Position numbers and translations under genes: made by a program. A stretch of DNA of 64,000 nucleotides. Origin: Salinispira sp. (lineage in GTDB: Bacteria; Spirochaetota; Spirochaetia; DSM-27196; Salinispiraceae). Numbering within the stretch: the stretch's first letter is position 1; each line of letters opens with the position of its first letter. This document shows positions 46,641 to 56,385 of the stretch, piece by piece. The stretch lies in contig OZ271918.1 in NCBI GenBank assembly GCA_965602015.1, positions 2,080,001 through 2,144,000 on the forward strand. The letters run 5' to 3'. A model generated the notes under the pieces. That model was not told the origin of the DNA. It did not search any database and worked only from the letters and a program-made list of their open reading frames with translations.

Positions 46641-46863
46641 ATCCCCTCCCAAAAGAACAGAACGCGAAAGAAAGCTGCACACACCTGCGTGAGACAGGGT
46701 TTTCTAGTCCGCTGTGTGCATTCCGGCAATCCGGATCCTACCGGAGATCCGCCGAAACGCATTGTCAAAGAACCGTCTGTGCACACATACACGTATTCAT
46801 TGAGAATTTTACATGCAACAACAAAAAAGTTCCAGTAAAACCCGGGGAAATCACCCCAATATC

Positions 46864-46910
46864 CAAAAAAAAAGCGCCTCGGATGAAAAGCTTGCAGTCA
46901 AACCGGGCGC
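46864..46910 (-). terminator. Probable intrinsic terminator/attenuator after fliE
   Basis: Minus strand GCGCCCGG...CCGAGGCGC followed by 9 U. Confidence 0.5.
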
Positions 46911-46991
46911 AACACACTAATTAATGTAATTTTTTACCTCTGCGGTTCCGGCTCGGGGGACAAGCCCCTGGCCGGCGCAGCTTTGCCCGGC

Positions 46992-47330
46992 TTAACGCAG
47001 GGTCGTTATATCCTTGTATGCCTGAACCACCCGGTCCAGCACATTCTTTGTTATGCTCAGGCTCAGATTCGCCTTGGACATGGCAATGGTCACATCGTGG
47101 GCGTCCACCGAATCGGGATCTACCACAGCCTGCACCGAAAGATCGTGGGCGTACTGCTGATCGCTGTTCACCGAACTGACCGCATCGAAGAGCATCTGGC
47201 CAAAGCTCTTTTGCCCCTCGGGCAGTACCTGCTCGCCGCCGAAATGATCCGGATTGGTGGTCTTCAGATAGAACGCGTCTCCGCTCACCTGTGCCGGACT
47301 CAGCATATTTGTTGAAAATTGTATACTCAT
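46992..47330 (-). CDS. fliE: Flagellar hook-basal body protein FliE
   Basis: VDAHDVTIAMSKANLSL...VVQAYKDI. Confidence 0.93.
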   Translation of the reverse strand: MSIQFSTNMLSPAQVSGDAFYLKTTNPDHFGGEQVLPEGQKSFGQMLFDAVSSVNSDQQYAHDLSVQAVVDPDSVDAHDVTIAMSKANLSLSITKNVLDRVVQAYKDITTLR

Positions 47331-47348
47331 GTTCCTCTCCCGTCTAGA

Positions 47349-47375
47349 ACATCGGCGGCCGCTTTGAGAAGTTTA
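47349..47375 (-). promoter_or_regulatory. sigma28 promoter upstream of fliE
   Basis: TAAA-N15-GCCGATGT, near-perfect FliA consensus. Confidence 0.7.
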
Positions 47376-47409
47376 GTAAAAAATGCGGTGCGGAAAAAAG
47401 CACCCGGAA

Positions 47410-47868
47410 TTAGCGGCCGATCTCCAGGGCCTTCATAAACATGTTTTTTGCACCGTCCACCACGGCGATGTTGGCATCGTAGCTCCGGGAAGCGGAAATG
47501 AGATCGACCATTTCCTCAACAACGTTTACGTTAGGATATTCCACGTAGCCCGCCCGGGGCCCCGACTGGATCGCGTCGGGGTGAGTGGGGTCGTAGACCA
47601 AACGGAGCGGATCATCCATATCCTTTTGAATTTCAACCACTTCGACGCCGCTTCCCACCCCGTGGTCCAGGGCCTTTGGAAAGTACTGACTCTTCCAGGT
47701 GGTGCTGTCGGTCCTGGGTGAAACGATGACCCGGCTTCGGCGGTACGGGCCGCCCTCCGGGGTCCTGGTGGTCTCCACGTTGGCGATGTTATTGGCGATT
47801 ACGTCCTGTCGAAGCCGCTGGGCGGTCAGTCCGCTGGATGCGGTATTAAGAATGGAAAACATACCCAT
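47410..47868 (-). CDS. flgC: Flagellar basal-body rod protein FlgC
   Basis: ANNIANVETTRT..GGPYRR, YDPTHPDA, YPNVNVVEEMVDLISASRSYDAN. Confidence 0.98.
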   Translation of the reverse strand: MGMFSILNTASSGLTAQRLRQDVIANNIANVETTRTPEGGPYRRSRVIVSPRTDSTTWKSQYFPKALDHGVGSGVEVVEIQKDMDDPLRLVYDPTHPDAIQSGPRAGYVEYPNVNVVEEMVDLISASRSYDANIAVVDGAKNMFMKALEIGR

Positions 47869-47881
47869 GATTTACTCCGTT

Positions 47882-48298
47882 TTACTGCAGCACCAGATTC
47901 ATCTGGCGGAAGTTATGGTTAACGCTGGTCACCATCATATTGTAGGCCAGCTGCTGATTGATAAAATTGGTGGTCTCGACCTCAATGTCCACGTTATTCC
48001 CGTTATTTTTCGCCGTAGTCAGGAAGTCGGTGACCCGGCGGGGCACGACGGTCCGATAATCCACGCTCCGGTCAAAGGGCATATGCATGTCATCGGTGAG
48101 AAAGGGGCGAAAATCCGGTTCCCTTTCAGAATCAAGGGCCTTGGCAAGGCTCGTTTCAAAATTCACCACCTGGCGCTTGTAATTCGGCGTGTCGGAGTTC
48201 GCGATATTATTCGCAATGACTTCCTGGCGGTATAAATTGACGCTCATGCTCCGCTGAAGAATGTCGAGGCTTTTGCCCCAGTTGTTATTGGTAAACAT
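47882..48298 (-). CDS. flgB: Flagellar basal-body rod protein FlgB
   Basis: RQEVIANNIANSDTPNYKR, NGNNVDIE. Confidence 0.97.
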   Translation of the reverse strand: MFTNNNWGKSLDILQRSMSVNLYRQEVIANNIANSDTPNYKRQVVNFETSLAKALDSEREPDFRPFLTDDMHMPFDRSVDYRTVVPRRVTDFLTTAKNNGNNVDIEVETTNFINQQLAYNMMVTSVNHNFRQMNLVLQ

Positions 48299-48357
48299 CG
48301 TCTTCCCTCCCGAAGATCTGTTCTCTGTTATATCTTCGGAAGGGAACGACCGGGGGT

Positions 48358-49800
48358 TTAGAGAATATAGCGGCTTAAGTCCTGATCCTGAACAATGTCT
48401 TTCAGGCGCTGATTGACATATTCCGGGGTGATAGGAATGCTCTGACCACTGAGTTCCGGCGCGGAAAACGACAACTCTTCGAGAAGCAGCTCCATGATTG
48501 TGTGAAGCCGTCTTGCGCCGATGTTCTCGGTACTGCTGTTCACTTCGGCCGCGAGCCTGCTGAGCTCCCTGATGGCTTCATCGGTGAACTCGATGTGGAC
48601 GCCCTCGGTTTTCATCAGCTCGATGTATTGAATAGTCAGGGCATTTTGGGGCTGGGTGAGGATTTTGTAGAAATCCTCGGTGCTCAGGGCCTCCAGCTCT
48701 ACCCGGATGGGAAAACGGCCCTGCAGTTCGGGAATAAGATCGCTGGGCTTGCTCATGTGAAAAGCGCCGGCCGCGATGAACAGAATGTGGCTTGTGTCCA
48801 CCACCCCGAACTTGGTATTGACCTTGCTCCCCTCCACTATTGGCAGAATATCCCGCTGGACACCTTCGCGACTCACGTCTCCGCCGCCGCGGCCCTCCTT
48901 GACGGCGATCTTGTCGATTTCATCAATGAAGATAATTCCCAAGGACTCAACGCGCTGCCGGGCCATTTCGGCGACCCTGTCGGTGTCGACCATGCGCTCC
49001 ATCTCTTCCTGAAGGAGAATTTCCCGGGCACGGGAAACGCTGGTGCGCTTTTTCTTTTTTCGGCCCCCGAAAATATTGCCTAAACCGCCGAGATTGAGAT
49101 CGATCTCTTCCATATTCTGTCCGGAGAAGATTTCGATGGCGGGCATGTTTCCCTGAGAGACGGTAATCTCGATTTCCTTGTCCTCCATCTTTCCGTCCCG
49201 AAGGCGTTGGCGGAATTTTTCCCGGGTTCCCGCCATATTGGAGTCCGAAGCTGCCGGGGCTTCACCGGCTTCCCGGTCCGAGTCCGCCGCGGGAAGTTCG
49301 CCTTGCTTGGAAGCGTCCGCTTTGCCGTGTCCGCCGAACAATCCGCCCAGGTTCGCCTTTGGCTGCTGCTTGCGGCTGCCGGGCAAAAGCAGGTCGAGAA
49401 GCTGGTCCTCAACCCGGGATTCGGCTTCGGCGCGCACTTCTTCCTGGAGCTCGGACTTCACCATGTTCACCGAAACCATCATTAGGTCTCTCACCATGGA
49501 TTCCACGTCCCGGCCCACATATCCGACCTCGGTGTATTTGGTCGCCTCGACCTTAACAAAGGGCGCGCCGGTGAGTTTGGAAAGCCTTCTGGCAATTTCC
49601 GTCTTGCCGACGCCGGTGGGACCCATCATGATGATGTTTTTCGGCGCAACCTCGTCGATTAAATCCTCGGGCAGTTTTTGGCGGCGCACCCGATTCCTCA
49701 GCGCGATGGCCACGGCCTTTTTCGCCTTTTCCTGACCGATGATGTATTTGTCCAGGGCGGAAACGATCTCTTTCGGCGTAAGGTCTTCAAGATTGGTCAT
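48358..49800 (-). CDS. hslU: ATP-dependent protease ATPase subunit HslU
   Basis: GPTGVGKTEIARR, GYVG pore motif, DEIDK, NIGARRL, DLSRYIL. Confidence 0.98.
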   Translation of the reverse strand: MTNLEDLTPKEIVSALDKYIIGQEKAKKAVAIALRNRVRRQKLPEDLIDEVAPKNIIMMGPTGVGKTEIARRLSKLTGAPFVKVEATKYTEVGYVGRDVESMVRDLMMVSVNMVKSELQEEVRAEAESRVEDQLLDLLLPGSRKQQPKANLGGLFGGHGKADASKQGELPAADSDREAGEAPAASDSNMAGTREKFRQRLRDGKMEDKEIEITVSQGNMPAIEIFSGQNMEEIDLNLGGLGNIFGGRKKKKRTSVSRAREILLQEEMERMVDTDRVAEMARQRVESLGIIFIDEIDKIAVKEGRGGGDVSREGVQRDILPIVEGSKVNTKFGVVDTSHILFIAAGAFHMSKPSDLIPELQGRFPIRVELEALSTEDFYKILTQPQNALTIQYIELMKTEGVHIEFTDEAIRELSRLAAEVNSSTENIGARRLHTIMELLLEELSFSAPELSGQSIPITPEYVNQRLKDIVQDQDLSRYIL

Positions 49801-50339
49801 CAGCTCAGCTCCTCGACAACGATGTTCTGATTGGTGTAGATGCAGATATCCCCGGCAATCTCCAGGCTGCGCTTGGCAATCTGGGCCGCCGTGAGGTCTC
49901 CGGTTTCCAGATACGCAAGGGCGGCGGCGTAGGCGTAGTTGCCGCCGCTTCCGATGGCCAGGGCTCCGGTTTCCGGTTCAATAACGTCACCGGTGCCGGA
50001 AATCAGAAGGATCTTGTCGACGGACGCGACCAGTAACAGGGCTTCGAGCCTTCGCAGCATGCGGTCGGTTCGCCAGAGCTTGGCCAGCTCAACCGCGGCC
50101 CGGGTTACATCGCCGTTGTATTCCTTCAGGCTGGCTTCGTATTTATCAAACAGGGTAAAGGCGTCGGCGGTTGCCCCGGCGAAACCCACAAGAACCTTCC
50201 CGTCGAATATGCGCCGCACCTTGCGCGCATTGCCCTTCATAACCGCATTGCCCATGGTCACCTGACCGTCGCCGGCCATGGCGATGGCTCCGTGTTTTTT
50301 CACGGCGATAACCGTGGTGCTTCTGATTTTTTCAGCCAT
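49800..50339 (-). CDS. hslV: ATP-dependent protease subunit HslV
   Basis: [40 protein letters not shown] before ATG 50339. Confidence 0.97.
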   Translation of the reverse strand: MAEKIRSTTVIAVKKHGAIAMAGDGQVTMGNAVMKGNARKVRRIFDGKVLVGFAGATADAFTLFDKYEASLKEYNGDVTRAAVELAKLWRTDRMLRRLEALLLVASVDKILLISGTGDVIEPETGALAIGSGGNYAYAAALAYLETGDLTAAQIAKRSLEIAGDICIYTNQNIVVEELS

Positions 50340-50486
50340 AATTTCTCCTGAATCGCTCCGCCGGCAAAAGCAGCATGCACCCGCAGCGGATCGTCTTGCG
50401 GCGAAGGGCGGGATACTATCCGCCGGTACCTGCGTCCAGGCCCTCCGCTGAGATAAGATACCCATTGGCCGGTGCTTTGAACAGCC

Positions 50487-51458
50487 TTATTTCCGGCGCC
50501 GGCTGTGGGGATGGGCGGAGCGGTACACATCCCGCAGCTGCCCGAGACTGGTGTGGGTGTAAACCTGGGTCGTGGAGAGATTCTTGTGGCCGAGCATTTC
50601 CTGAACATGGCGGATATCCGCGCCATTGTTCATGAGGTGGGTGGCGAAGCTGTGGCGAAGCATGTGGGGATGGATGCCTTCACCCAGAGGGTAGCGCAAT
50701 GCGATATCTTCAAGGCGTTTTTGAATGCTGCGCACCGAGAGGGTTCTCCGGTTGCGGTTTAAAAACAGGGCCTGCGGGGCAACCGAGGCGCCCGGCTTCG
50801 CCGCAGCGCCGGAGACCCAGTCGCTTCTCATGGGAAGGTATAGCTCAAGGGCTTCCCGGGCGGGCTGGGAAAGGAAGACCAGGCGCTCCCGGTTGCCCTT
50901 TCCGAGAACCTTCATACGGCCCCGTCCACGGTCTATATCGGCAAGCGTGATGCCCGCCAACTCGGAAACCCGGCAGCCGGTGGAATACAGCAGTTCCACC
51001 ATGAGCCAGTCCCGGCAGCTGGTAAAATCCACCGCATCCGCCCGCAGAGCGGCGAGAATCCGGTGCAGCTGCTCTTCGAACAGAAACCGGGGAAGATGGG
51101 AAGGGGTTTTTATGCCCTTCAAGCCGGCTGCCGGTCCGACCCCCGCGTGATCCACCCTTCGGCGGCGAAAGCGGTAAAACCCTTTAATGGCTGACAGGGC
51201 CCGGTTTATGCTCCGGCTGCTCAACCCCCTCCGGCCGAGGCCGGCGATGTATCTGCGCAGTGTGCGGACATCTAATTCCGCGAGGCTCGAGGGGCCATGC
51301 TCCCCGGAGTGCTCCCCGGATTGCTCATCGGTCCAGCGGGCAAGCTCCGTTAAATCCCGCCGGTACGCTTCCACGGTCCGGGGGGACATGTTCCTCACCA
51401 CAGCGAGGTATTCCAAATAATCTTCTATGTCCGAATGCCCGGGTTTTATATCTTCCAT
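50487..51458 (-). CDS. xerC: Tyrosine recombinase XerC
   Basis: LYSTGCRVSEL, GKGNRER, HPHMLRHSFATH, LGH..LSTTQVYTH; canonical position upstream of hslVU. Confidence 0.9.
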   Translation of the reverse strand: MEDIKPGHSDIEDYLEYLAVVRNMSPRTVEAYRRDLTELARWTDEQSGEHSGEHGPSSLAELDVRTLRRYIAGLGRRGLSSRSINRALSAIKGFYRFRRRRVDHAGVGPAAGLKGIKTPSHLPRFLFEEQLHRILAALRADAVDFTSCRDWLMVELLYSTGCRVSELAGITLADIDRGRGRMKVLGKGNRERLVFLSQPAREALELYLPMRSDWVSGAAAKPGASVAPQALFLNRNRRTLSVRSIQKRLEDIALRYPLGEGIHPHMLRHSFATHLMNNGADIRHVQEMLGHKNLSTTQVYTHTSLGQLRDVYRSAHPHSRRRK

Positions 51459-51460
51459 TA

Positions 51461-52393
51461 TTATACCCTTCGGCATTCCTCGCCGGGAAATAAAAGGTCG
51501 GGGGAAAGATACCCGATTACCTCGGCGGCGCTGCCCGCCACCGGCGCTCCGCAGTCCTTGAGCATTCGCCCGCCGTCATTTCTGCGGGAAGTAAGCAGCT
51601 GACTCAACACAATGACCTCCCTGCCCTGCTCAAGGGCGTAATCCGAGCTAATAAGCGCGCCGCTTTTTTGCGGGGCTTCCACCATTACCAATCCTGCGGT
51701 GAGCCCGGAAATGATCCGGTTGCGTTCGGGAAAGCGAAAAGCCATGGGCTGGGTCCCCGGTGGGTACTCGCTGACCAGGCACCCCCCGCTCATAATAATC
51801 TGCGCGGCGAGCCGGGAATTGGAAAGGGGATATACCATGTCGGGACCATGACCCAGCACCCCGACGGTGAGGCCGCCGCCCCTGAGGGCGCCCCTGTGGG
51901 CTGCGGCGTCAATACCCCTGGCAAGTCCGGAGACGATGACCAGAGATGAGGCGGTTAAATCTTCCGCCAGCCGGTAGGCCCACAGGTCGCCTGCTGCGCT
52001 GGGCCGGCGGGTTCCCACCATTGCTATGGCCGGGAGACCGAAAATTTTCAACGCGCTGCGGGGATCCGGGCCAGAGGGACTGCTTCGAACGAACAGAAGA
52101 TACGGCGGGTTGTAGAGCTGACGCAACAGCCAGGGATATAAGCTGTGCCAGATCGGCAGGATATGACAGCCCGGTGCGCCGGACCACTTTATGTCATTAT
52201 GCGCCTGCTCAAGGGCCCGCCGGGAATCGAATGTACGTCCGTTGCGGGAAGAACCCAGCCCCAGGGAAAGAAGCTTGCGCCGGTCCAGATGTTCGAAATT
52301 AGCCGGAGTCAGTGCCATGCCCTGGAGAATCAGCTTTTCCGCAGTAGAAAGATGACCAATACGGTGAATTGCGCAGTCAATTAGCTCAACCAT
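51461..52393 (-). CDS. dprA: DNA-processing protein DprA (Smf)
   Basis: AMVGTR, VSGLARGIDAAAH, FPERNRIISG, SGALIS. Confidence 0.95.
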   Translation of the reverse strand: MVELIDCAIHRIGHLSTAEKLILQGMALTPANFEHLDRRKLLSLGLGSSRNGRTFDSRRALEQAHNDIKWSGAPGCHILPIWHSLYPWLLRQLYNPPYLLFVRSSPSGPDPRSALKIFGLPAIAMVGTRRPSAAGDLWAYRLAEDLTASSLVIVSGLARGIDAAAHRGALRGGGLTVGVLGHGPDMVYPLSNSRLAAQIIMSGGCLVSEYPPGTQPMAFRFPERNRIISGLTAGLVMVEAPQKSGALISSDYALEQGREVIVLSQLLTSRRNDGGRMLKDCGAPVAGSAAEVIGYLSPDLLFPGEECRRV

Positions 52394-52398
52394 GTACC

Positions 52399-53193
52399 TT
52401 ATTGACTGTTTAAAAGCTCCTCGCGATTCGAAATGGCGGCATTTTTTTCATCGGGATTCCGGCTGCTGTTGGCGATGCGGTCGTATATATCAATAGCGTC
52501 TTCCAGACGGTCTTCGGTGACGGCTATCTGTGCAAGCACAAAGAGCATACGGCTGTTTTCATTGGGGAAAAGCTCGACTGCCCGCCTCAGCAGTTCCTTG
52601 GCATCTTCGATTCGATCGAGTTCGTGAAAATAAATAATCCCCAGAGCCAGATAGGGGTCGCGGTAGCCCGGGTTTATCTCGATTGCCCGCTGGTGATAGC
52701 GGGCTGCCCTCTCGAGGTACTCCCGCATTTCTTCGCTGCCCGGACGGGACAACCCGTATTGAGATGAGGCCACGCCGGCGGAGTACAAAACCACGAAGTT
52801 CGCCGGTTCGTACTGCAGCACCTGCTCATACTCCTCGAGGGCCAGGCCGAACATCTCCAGGCGGGAATACTCTTCGGCCAGCAGCTTGTGAAGACTGGCA
52901 GCCCGGTCCGCTGCGCTAATCTTCTCCTCGACGATGGCCTCGTAGCGCTGGAGATCCCTCCGCCACTCGGCAATTTTTTCCTCGCTCGGCCTCTCATCCT
53001 CATAGCGGGCCGGGGAGAGCCGTATGAGATTGTCAAGCAGGGACGATTCTTCGGGACTGCAGGAAACAAGGAGCGCACATAATAAAAGCATCAGCATGGA
53101 CCTGACCGCCCGGCTGACCCGCCCCAGACCGGACCATGTCCTTGCGCTTTGCTGCCGGCCATCTGGACTGTAGCAAAAACCATGCATAGCCAC
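52399..53193 (-). CDS. TPR-repeat putative lipoprotein (true start may be ATG 53097)
   Basis: LLCALLVSC lipobox-like; several TPR-like helix pairs (AIEINPGY). Confidence 0.8.
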   Translation of the reverse strand: MAMHGFCYSPDGRQQSARTWSGLGRVSRAVRSMLMLLLCALLVSCSPEESSLLDNLIRLSPARYEDERPSEEKIAEWRRDLQRYEAIVEEKISAADRAASLHKLLAEEYSRLEMFGLALEEYEQVLQYEPANFVVLYSAGVASSQYGLSRPGSEEMREYLERAARYHQRAIEINPGYRDPYLALGIIYFHELDRIEDAKELLRRAVELFPNENSRMLFVLAQIAVTEDRLEDAIDIYDRIANSSRNPDEKNAAISNREELLNSQ

Positions 53194-53198
53194 GGCGC

Positions 53199-53972
53199 CT
53201 AATAATCTCCTTGGGAGGGAGCTTCGAGGCCGAGAATTGCGCCGGTGGCCGAAGCGCCTATCCGGTCGGCTCCCGCGTCGATGAGCTCCTCGGTAAATTT
53301 CCGGTCGCGAATCCCGCCGCTGGCCTTGACTCCCATAATGTCACCGGCAACCAGTCTCATTATGCGAACGGCTTCTACGGATGCGCCGCCGGATGCGAAT
53401 CCCGTGGAGGTCTTGATAAACCAGGCCCCTGCCCATCCGCACAAAAATCCCGCGATGGCAATTTCCTCATCGCTCAATTCGGCGGTCTCGAGAATTACCT
53501 TCACCAGGCGTCCTTCCGCTGCTTTGACGACGGCCTTTACGTCTTCGAGGACGTAGGCATAGTCCCCGTCTTTTAGTCTGCCGACGGAAATCACCATGTC
53601 TATTTCATCGCAGCCCCGGGCTACCAGCCATGCAGTGTCCGCCGCCTTGGCTGAACTGGAATCGTAGCCCCAGGGAAATCCCACCACCGAGCAGCTCTTT
53701 ACGCCGCTGCCCTTGAGGGCCTCTATGGCACGGGGTATTCGAGCCGGCGGTACGCAGACGGAAAACGGCTTCCATGCCCTTGCTTCCCGGTAGAGCTGTT
53801 CGTATGCGTCCTTGCCCGAGGTCTGCTTCAGCTGGGTATGATCGAAATACAAATTCAGGTCCTGGGGAGAACTGATGCGCTGAGGCACCGGACAGGTAAA
53901 CGAATCCGGAAGGCTTATTCCCTGTTGGGAAAAATATCCGCGCAGATCTTTTTCTATTGCGGCAATATCCAT
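53199..53972 (-). CDS. deoC: Deoxyribose-phosphate aldolase
   Basis: DHTQLK, VGFPWG, EIDMV, KVILET, FIKTSTGF, VKASGGIR, RIGAS. Confidence 0.96.
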   Translation of the reverse strand: MDIAAIEKDLRGYFSQQGISLPDSFTCPVPQRISSPQDLNLYFDHTQLKQTSGKDAYEQLYREARAWKPFSVCVPPARIPRAIEALKGSGVKSCSVVGFPWGYDSSSAKAADTAWLVARGCDEIDMVISVGRLKDGDYAYVLEDVKAVVKAAEGRLVKVILETAELSDEEIAIAGFLCGWAGAWFIKTSTGFASGGASVEAVRIMRLVAGDIMGVKASGGIRDRKFTEELIDAGADRIGASATGAILGLEAPSQGDY

Positions 53973-54007
53973 AACTAATACTCCTGAAAGGCATTGTTTC
54001 TTATATC

Positions 54008-54036
54008 AGTATACACCGAGGAGGCCGGCCTTGCAC
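54008..54036 (-). promoter_or_regulatory. Putative sigma70 promoter of deoC
   Basis: GTGCAA-N17-TATACT about 35 nt upstream of deoC. Confidence 0.45.
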
Positions 54037-54099
54037 CGGGAGATTCCACGGATGTCCAGGGCCTCGGCAGGTTCAGGGGACTCGGTGCCGGGATTCGGC

Positions 54100-54984
54100 T
54101 TATTCGGCGCCGGAGGGATGGTACTGACGGTGATAGCGCTGGAGCTCTTCACGGTCCACGTGGGTGTAGATTTGCGTGGTTGAAATGTCGGAGTGGCCCA
54201 ATAGGGCCTGCACAGACCGAAGGTCTGCCCCGCCTTCAAGCAGGTGGGTTGCGAAGGAGTGACGGAGGGTGTGAACCTTGGCCTTAACACCGGCCTTTTC
54301 GCTGATCTCCCTGAAGCGCTTCCACATTCCCTTGCGGGACAGATTGCCGCCGAAATGATTGAGGAACAGGAAGTTGCCGCTGCGTTTGGGATTGTACAAG
54401 GCGGGACGGGCCTCATGCAGGTAGCGCTCCATCCAATATTGGGCTTCTTCCCCTAACGGGACCATGCGCTCTTTGTCGCCTTTGCCGGTGATTCGCACCA
54501 TGGATTCTGAAACATGAACCCGCTCTACCGTAAGCGCCACGGCTTCGGAAATCCTCAAACCGCAGGAGTAAATGAGCTCAAAGAGACAGCGGTCCCGAAG
54601 CCCGAGGGGGCTGGCAGGATCGATCTGCTCGAGGATGAGCTCAACCTCTTCCACCGAGAGGACGCCGGGGAGCCTTTGGGGGATCCGGGGCATTTCGAGG
54701 GCGGCGGTGGGATTCTCTTCAGCCAGGCCTTCCTTTATCAGGAAGATAAAGAACTGCCGGAGGGAGCTGATAATTCGGGAAACCGTCCGCTCATCCACCC
54801 CTTCTTCCCTGCGCATAACAAGATAGTTCTGGATATCCGACTCGCGCACATCTTCGGCCTTCACTGAACGCTGCGCTAAAAACCGGGCGAAGTGAGCCGC
54901 CTCGCGGGCATAGGTCTCGACGGTTCTCCCGGCAAGCTGTAATTCGTATCTGCAGTAATCCGAAAAGAGCCCGGCAATATCCAT
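54100..54984 (-). CDS. xerD: Tyrosine recombinase XerD
   Basis: LIYSCGLRISE, GKGDKER, HTLRHSFATHLLEGGADLRSVQALLGHSDISTTQIYTHV. Confidence 0.92.
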   Translation of the reverse strand: MDIAGLFSDYCRYELQLAGRTVETYAREAAHFARFLAQRSVKAEDVRESDIQNYLVMRREEGVDERTVSRIISSLRQFFIFLIKEGLAEENPTAALEMPRIPQRLPGVLSVEEVELILEQIDPASPLGLRDRCLFELIYSCGLRISEAVALTVERVHVSESMVRITGKGDKERMVPLGEEAQYWMERYLHEARPALYNPKRSGNFLFLNHFGGNLSRKGMWKRFREISEKAGVKAKVHTLRHSFATHLLEGGADLRSVQALLGHSDISTTQIYTHVDREELQRYHRQYHPSGAE

Positions 54985-54991
54985 TGCCGGC

Positions 54992-56287
54992 TCAATCGCG
55001 GTCTTTTTGCCGCTGATGCCTGATGTACGCCGGGATATCCAGCTCATCATCCCGGTAGATTCCCCGGCCGCCGATAAAATCCGATCCTTCCCGTTCCGCC
55101 TTGTCGGCGCCGCGGCCGGTCATGCGGTTCCAGTCAGAGAGGCTGATATAACCCCCGTCGGTCTTCTCCTCCGCCGCTGCCGGAGTGTCCCCTTCGGCAG
55201 GGGTCTGGCTGGCGGAAACGTCGCTGCGCTTGATGGAAGGCATTGACGAAGAACGTTGATAAAAACCCGTGGCGATTACCGTGACCCGAAGTTCCTCGCC
55301 GAGGCGCTCGTCTACGCCGGTTCCGGCGATAACCAGGGCGTCGTCGTCGGCGTTTGCGGTTATGATGTCCATAACTTCCTGGTACTCGTTGAGGGCGAAG
55401 TTGCTTCCCCCGGACACGTTCACCAGGAGGCCCTTGGCTCCCTCGATGTTCGCATCCTCGAGCAGGGGATTGTTGATGGCATTGGTCGCCGCATCTACGG
55501 CGCGGTTTGCACCGGTTCCGATGCCGATGCCCATAATGGCATCGCCCTTCCCCTTCATGATGGTTCTGACGTCGGCGAAATCGATGTTGATGTCGCCCGC
55601 CTGGGTGATCAAGTCGGAAATGCCCTGAACGCCCTGGCGCAGCACGTCGTCCGCCACAAGGAAGGCTTGGCGTATTGGCGTATTTTTTTCGACTATGCTC
55701 AGCAGGTGCTGGTTGGGGATGGTAATAAGGGTATCGACCTGCTCCCGGAGCCGGTCGATTCCTCCCTGGGCAATTTTTTGCTTCCGGATTCCCTCGAAAG
55801 AGAAAGGCTTGGTGACCACCGCAACGGTAAGGATTCCCAGATCCCTGGCAATTCCCGCAATAACCGGCGCGGCTCCGGTTCCCGTGCCTCCACCCATACC
55901 TGCGGTAATAAAGACCATATCCGATCCGCTGAGGAGTTCCCGAATGTGCTCGGTGTCTTCAACTGCGGCATTCTCGCCGATCTCCGGATTTCCTCCGGCT
56001 CCCAGGCCACCGGTAAGCTTCTGACCAAGGGGTATTTTTTTACCCGCATAGCTGCCTTGCAGGGCCTGCTGGTCGGTATTCATGGCGATAAAATTAACGT
56101 CGGGAAGCCCGGCGTCTATCATCCTGTTGACCGCATTGCTGCCTCCGCCCCCGACGCCCACAACGGTAATGACCGTCGGGCTGGTGGCGTTGTGGGCGAA
56201 TCCCCGGGGATCCGACTTTTTGTCCGACGATTGGCCGGTGTCCGGAGTTCTGGCCCCGGTATCTTCTTCAATTACGTGTAACTTCAT
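54992..56287 (-). CDS. ftsZ: Cell division protein FtsZ
   Basis: [27 protein letters not shown]-terminal ELDIPAYIR. Confidence 0.99.
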   Translation of the reverse strand: MKLHVIEEDTGARTPDTGQSSDKKSDPRGFAHNATSPTVITVVGVGGGGSNAVNRMIDAGLPDVNFIAMNTDQQALQGSYAGKKIPLGQKLTGGLGAGGNPEIGENAAVEDTEHIRELLSGSDMVFITAGMGGGTGTGAAPVIAGIARDLGILTVAVVTKPFSFEGIRKQKIAQGGIDRLREQVDTLITIPNQHLLSIVEKNTPIRQAFLVADDVLRQGVQGISDLITQAGDINIDFADVRTIMKGKGDAIMGIGIGTGANRAVDAATNAINNPLLEDANIEGAKGLLVNVSGGSNFALNEYQEVMDIITANADDDALVIAGTGVDERLGEELRVTVIATGFYQRSSSMPSIKRSDVSASQTPAEGDTPAAAEEKTDGGYISLSDWNRMTGRGADKAEREGSDFIGGRGIYRDDELDIPAYIRHQRQKDRD

Positions 56288-56385
56288 ATTCCCCTCCCGA
56301 ATATGACCCATCGCCGGCGCAATGCGCCCGATGTGAATTCCCAGTTCTCATTCTATATCAGTTATCTCTAAAGTTCTAGAGATTA

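Noticed and set aside
46641..46991. c-di-GMP riboswitch or tRNA in the fliE-fliF spacer
   Set aside because: No GEMM-type or class II consensus and no cloverleaf recognisable by eye; an Infernal scan would be decisive
50340..50465. Extended N-termini given by the ORF track (hslV, also glgC, symporter, nnr, maf, fliF, xerD, ftsA, ftsQ, mraY)
   Set aside because: Downstream starts match family N-termini and mostly have an SD or translational coupling; the extensions are longest-ORF artefacts
50487..54984. Two tyrosine recombinases as integrases of a mobile element
   Set aside because: About 300 aa each with XerC/XerD signatures in canonical housekeeping context; no att repeats, tRNA target or cargo genes
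55256..56281. 341-aa plus-strand ORF
   Set aside because: Antisense shadow of ftsZ
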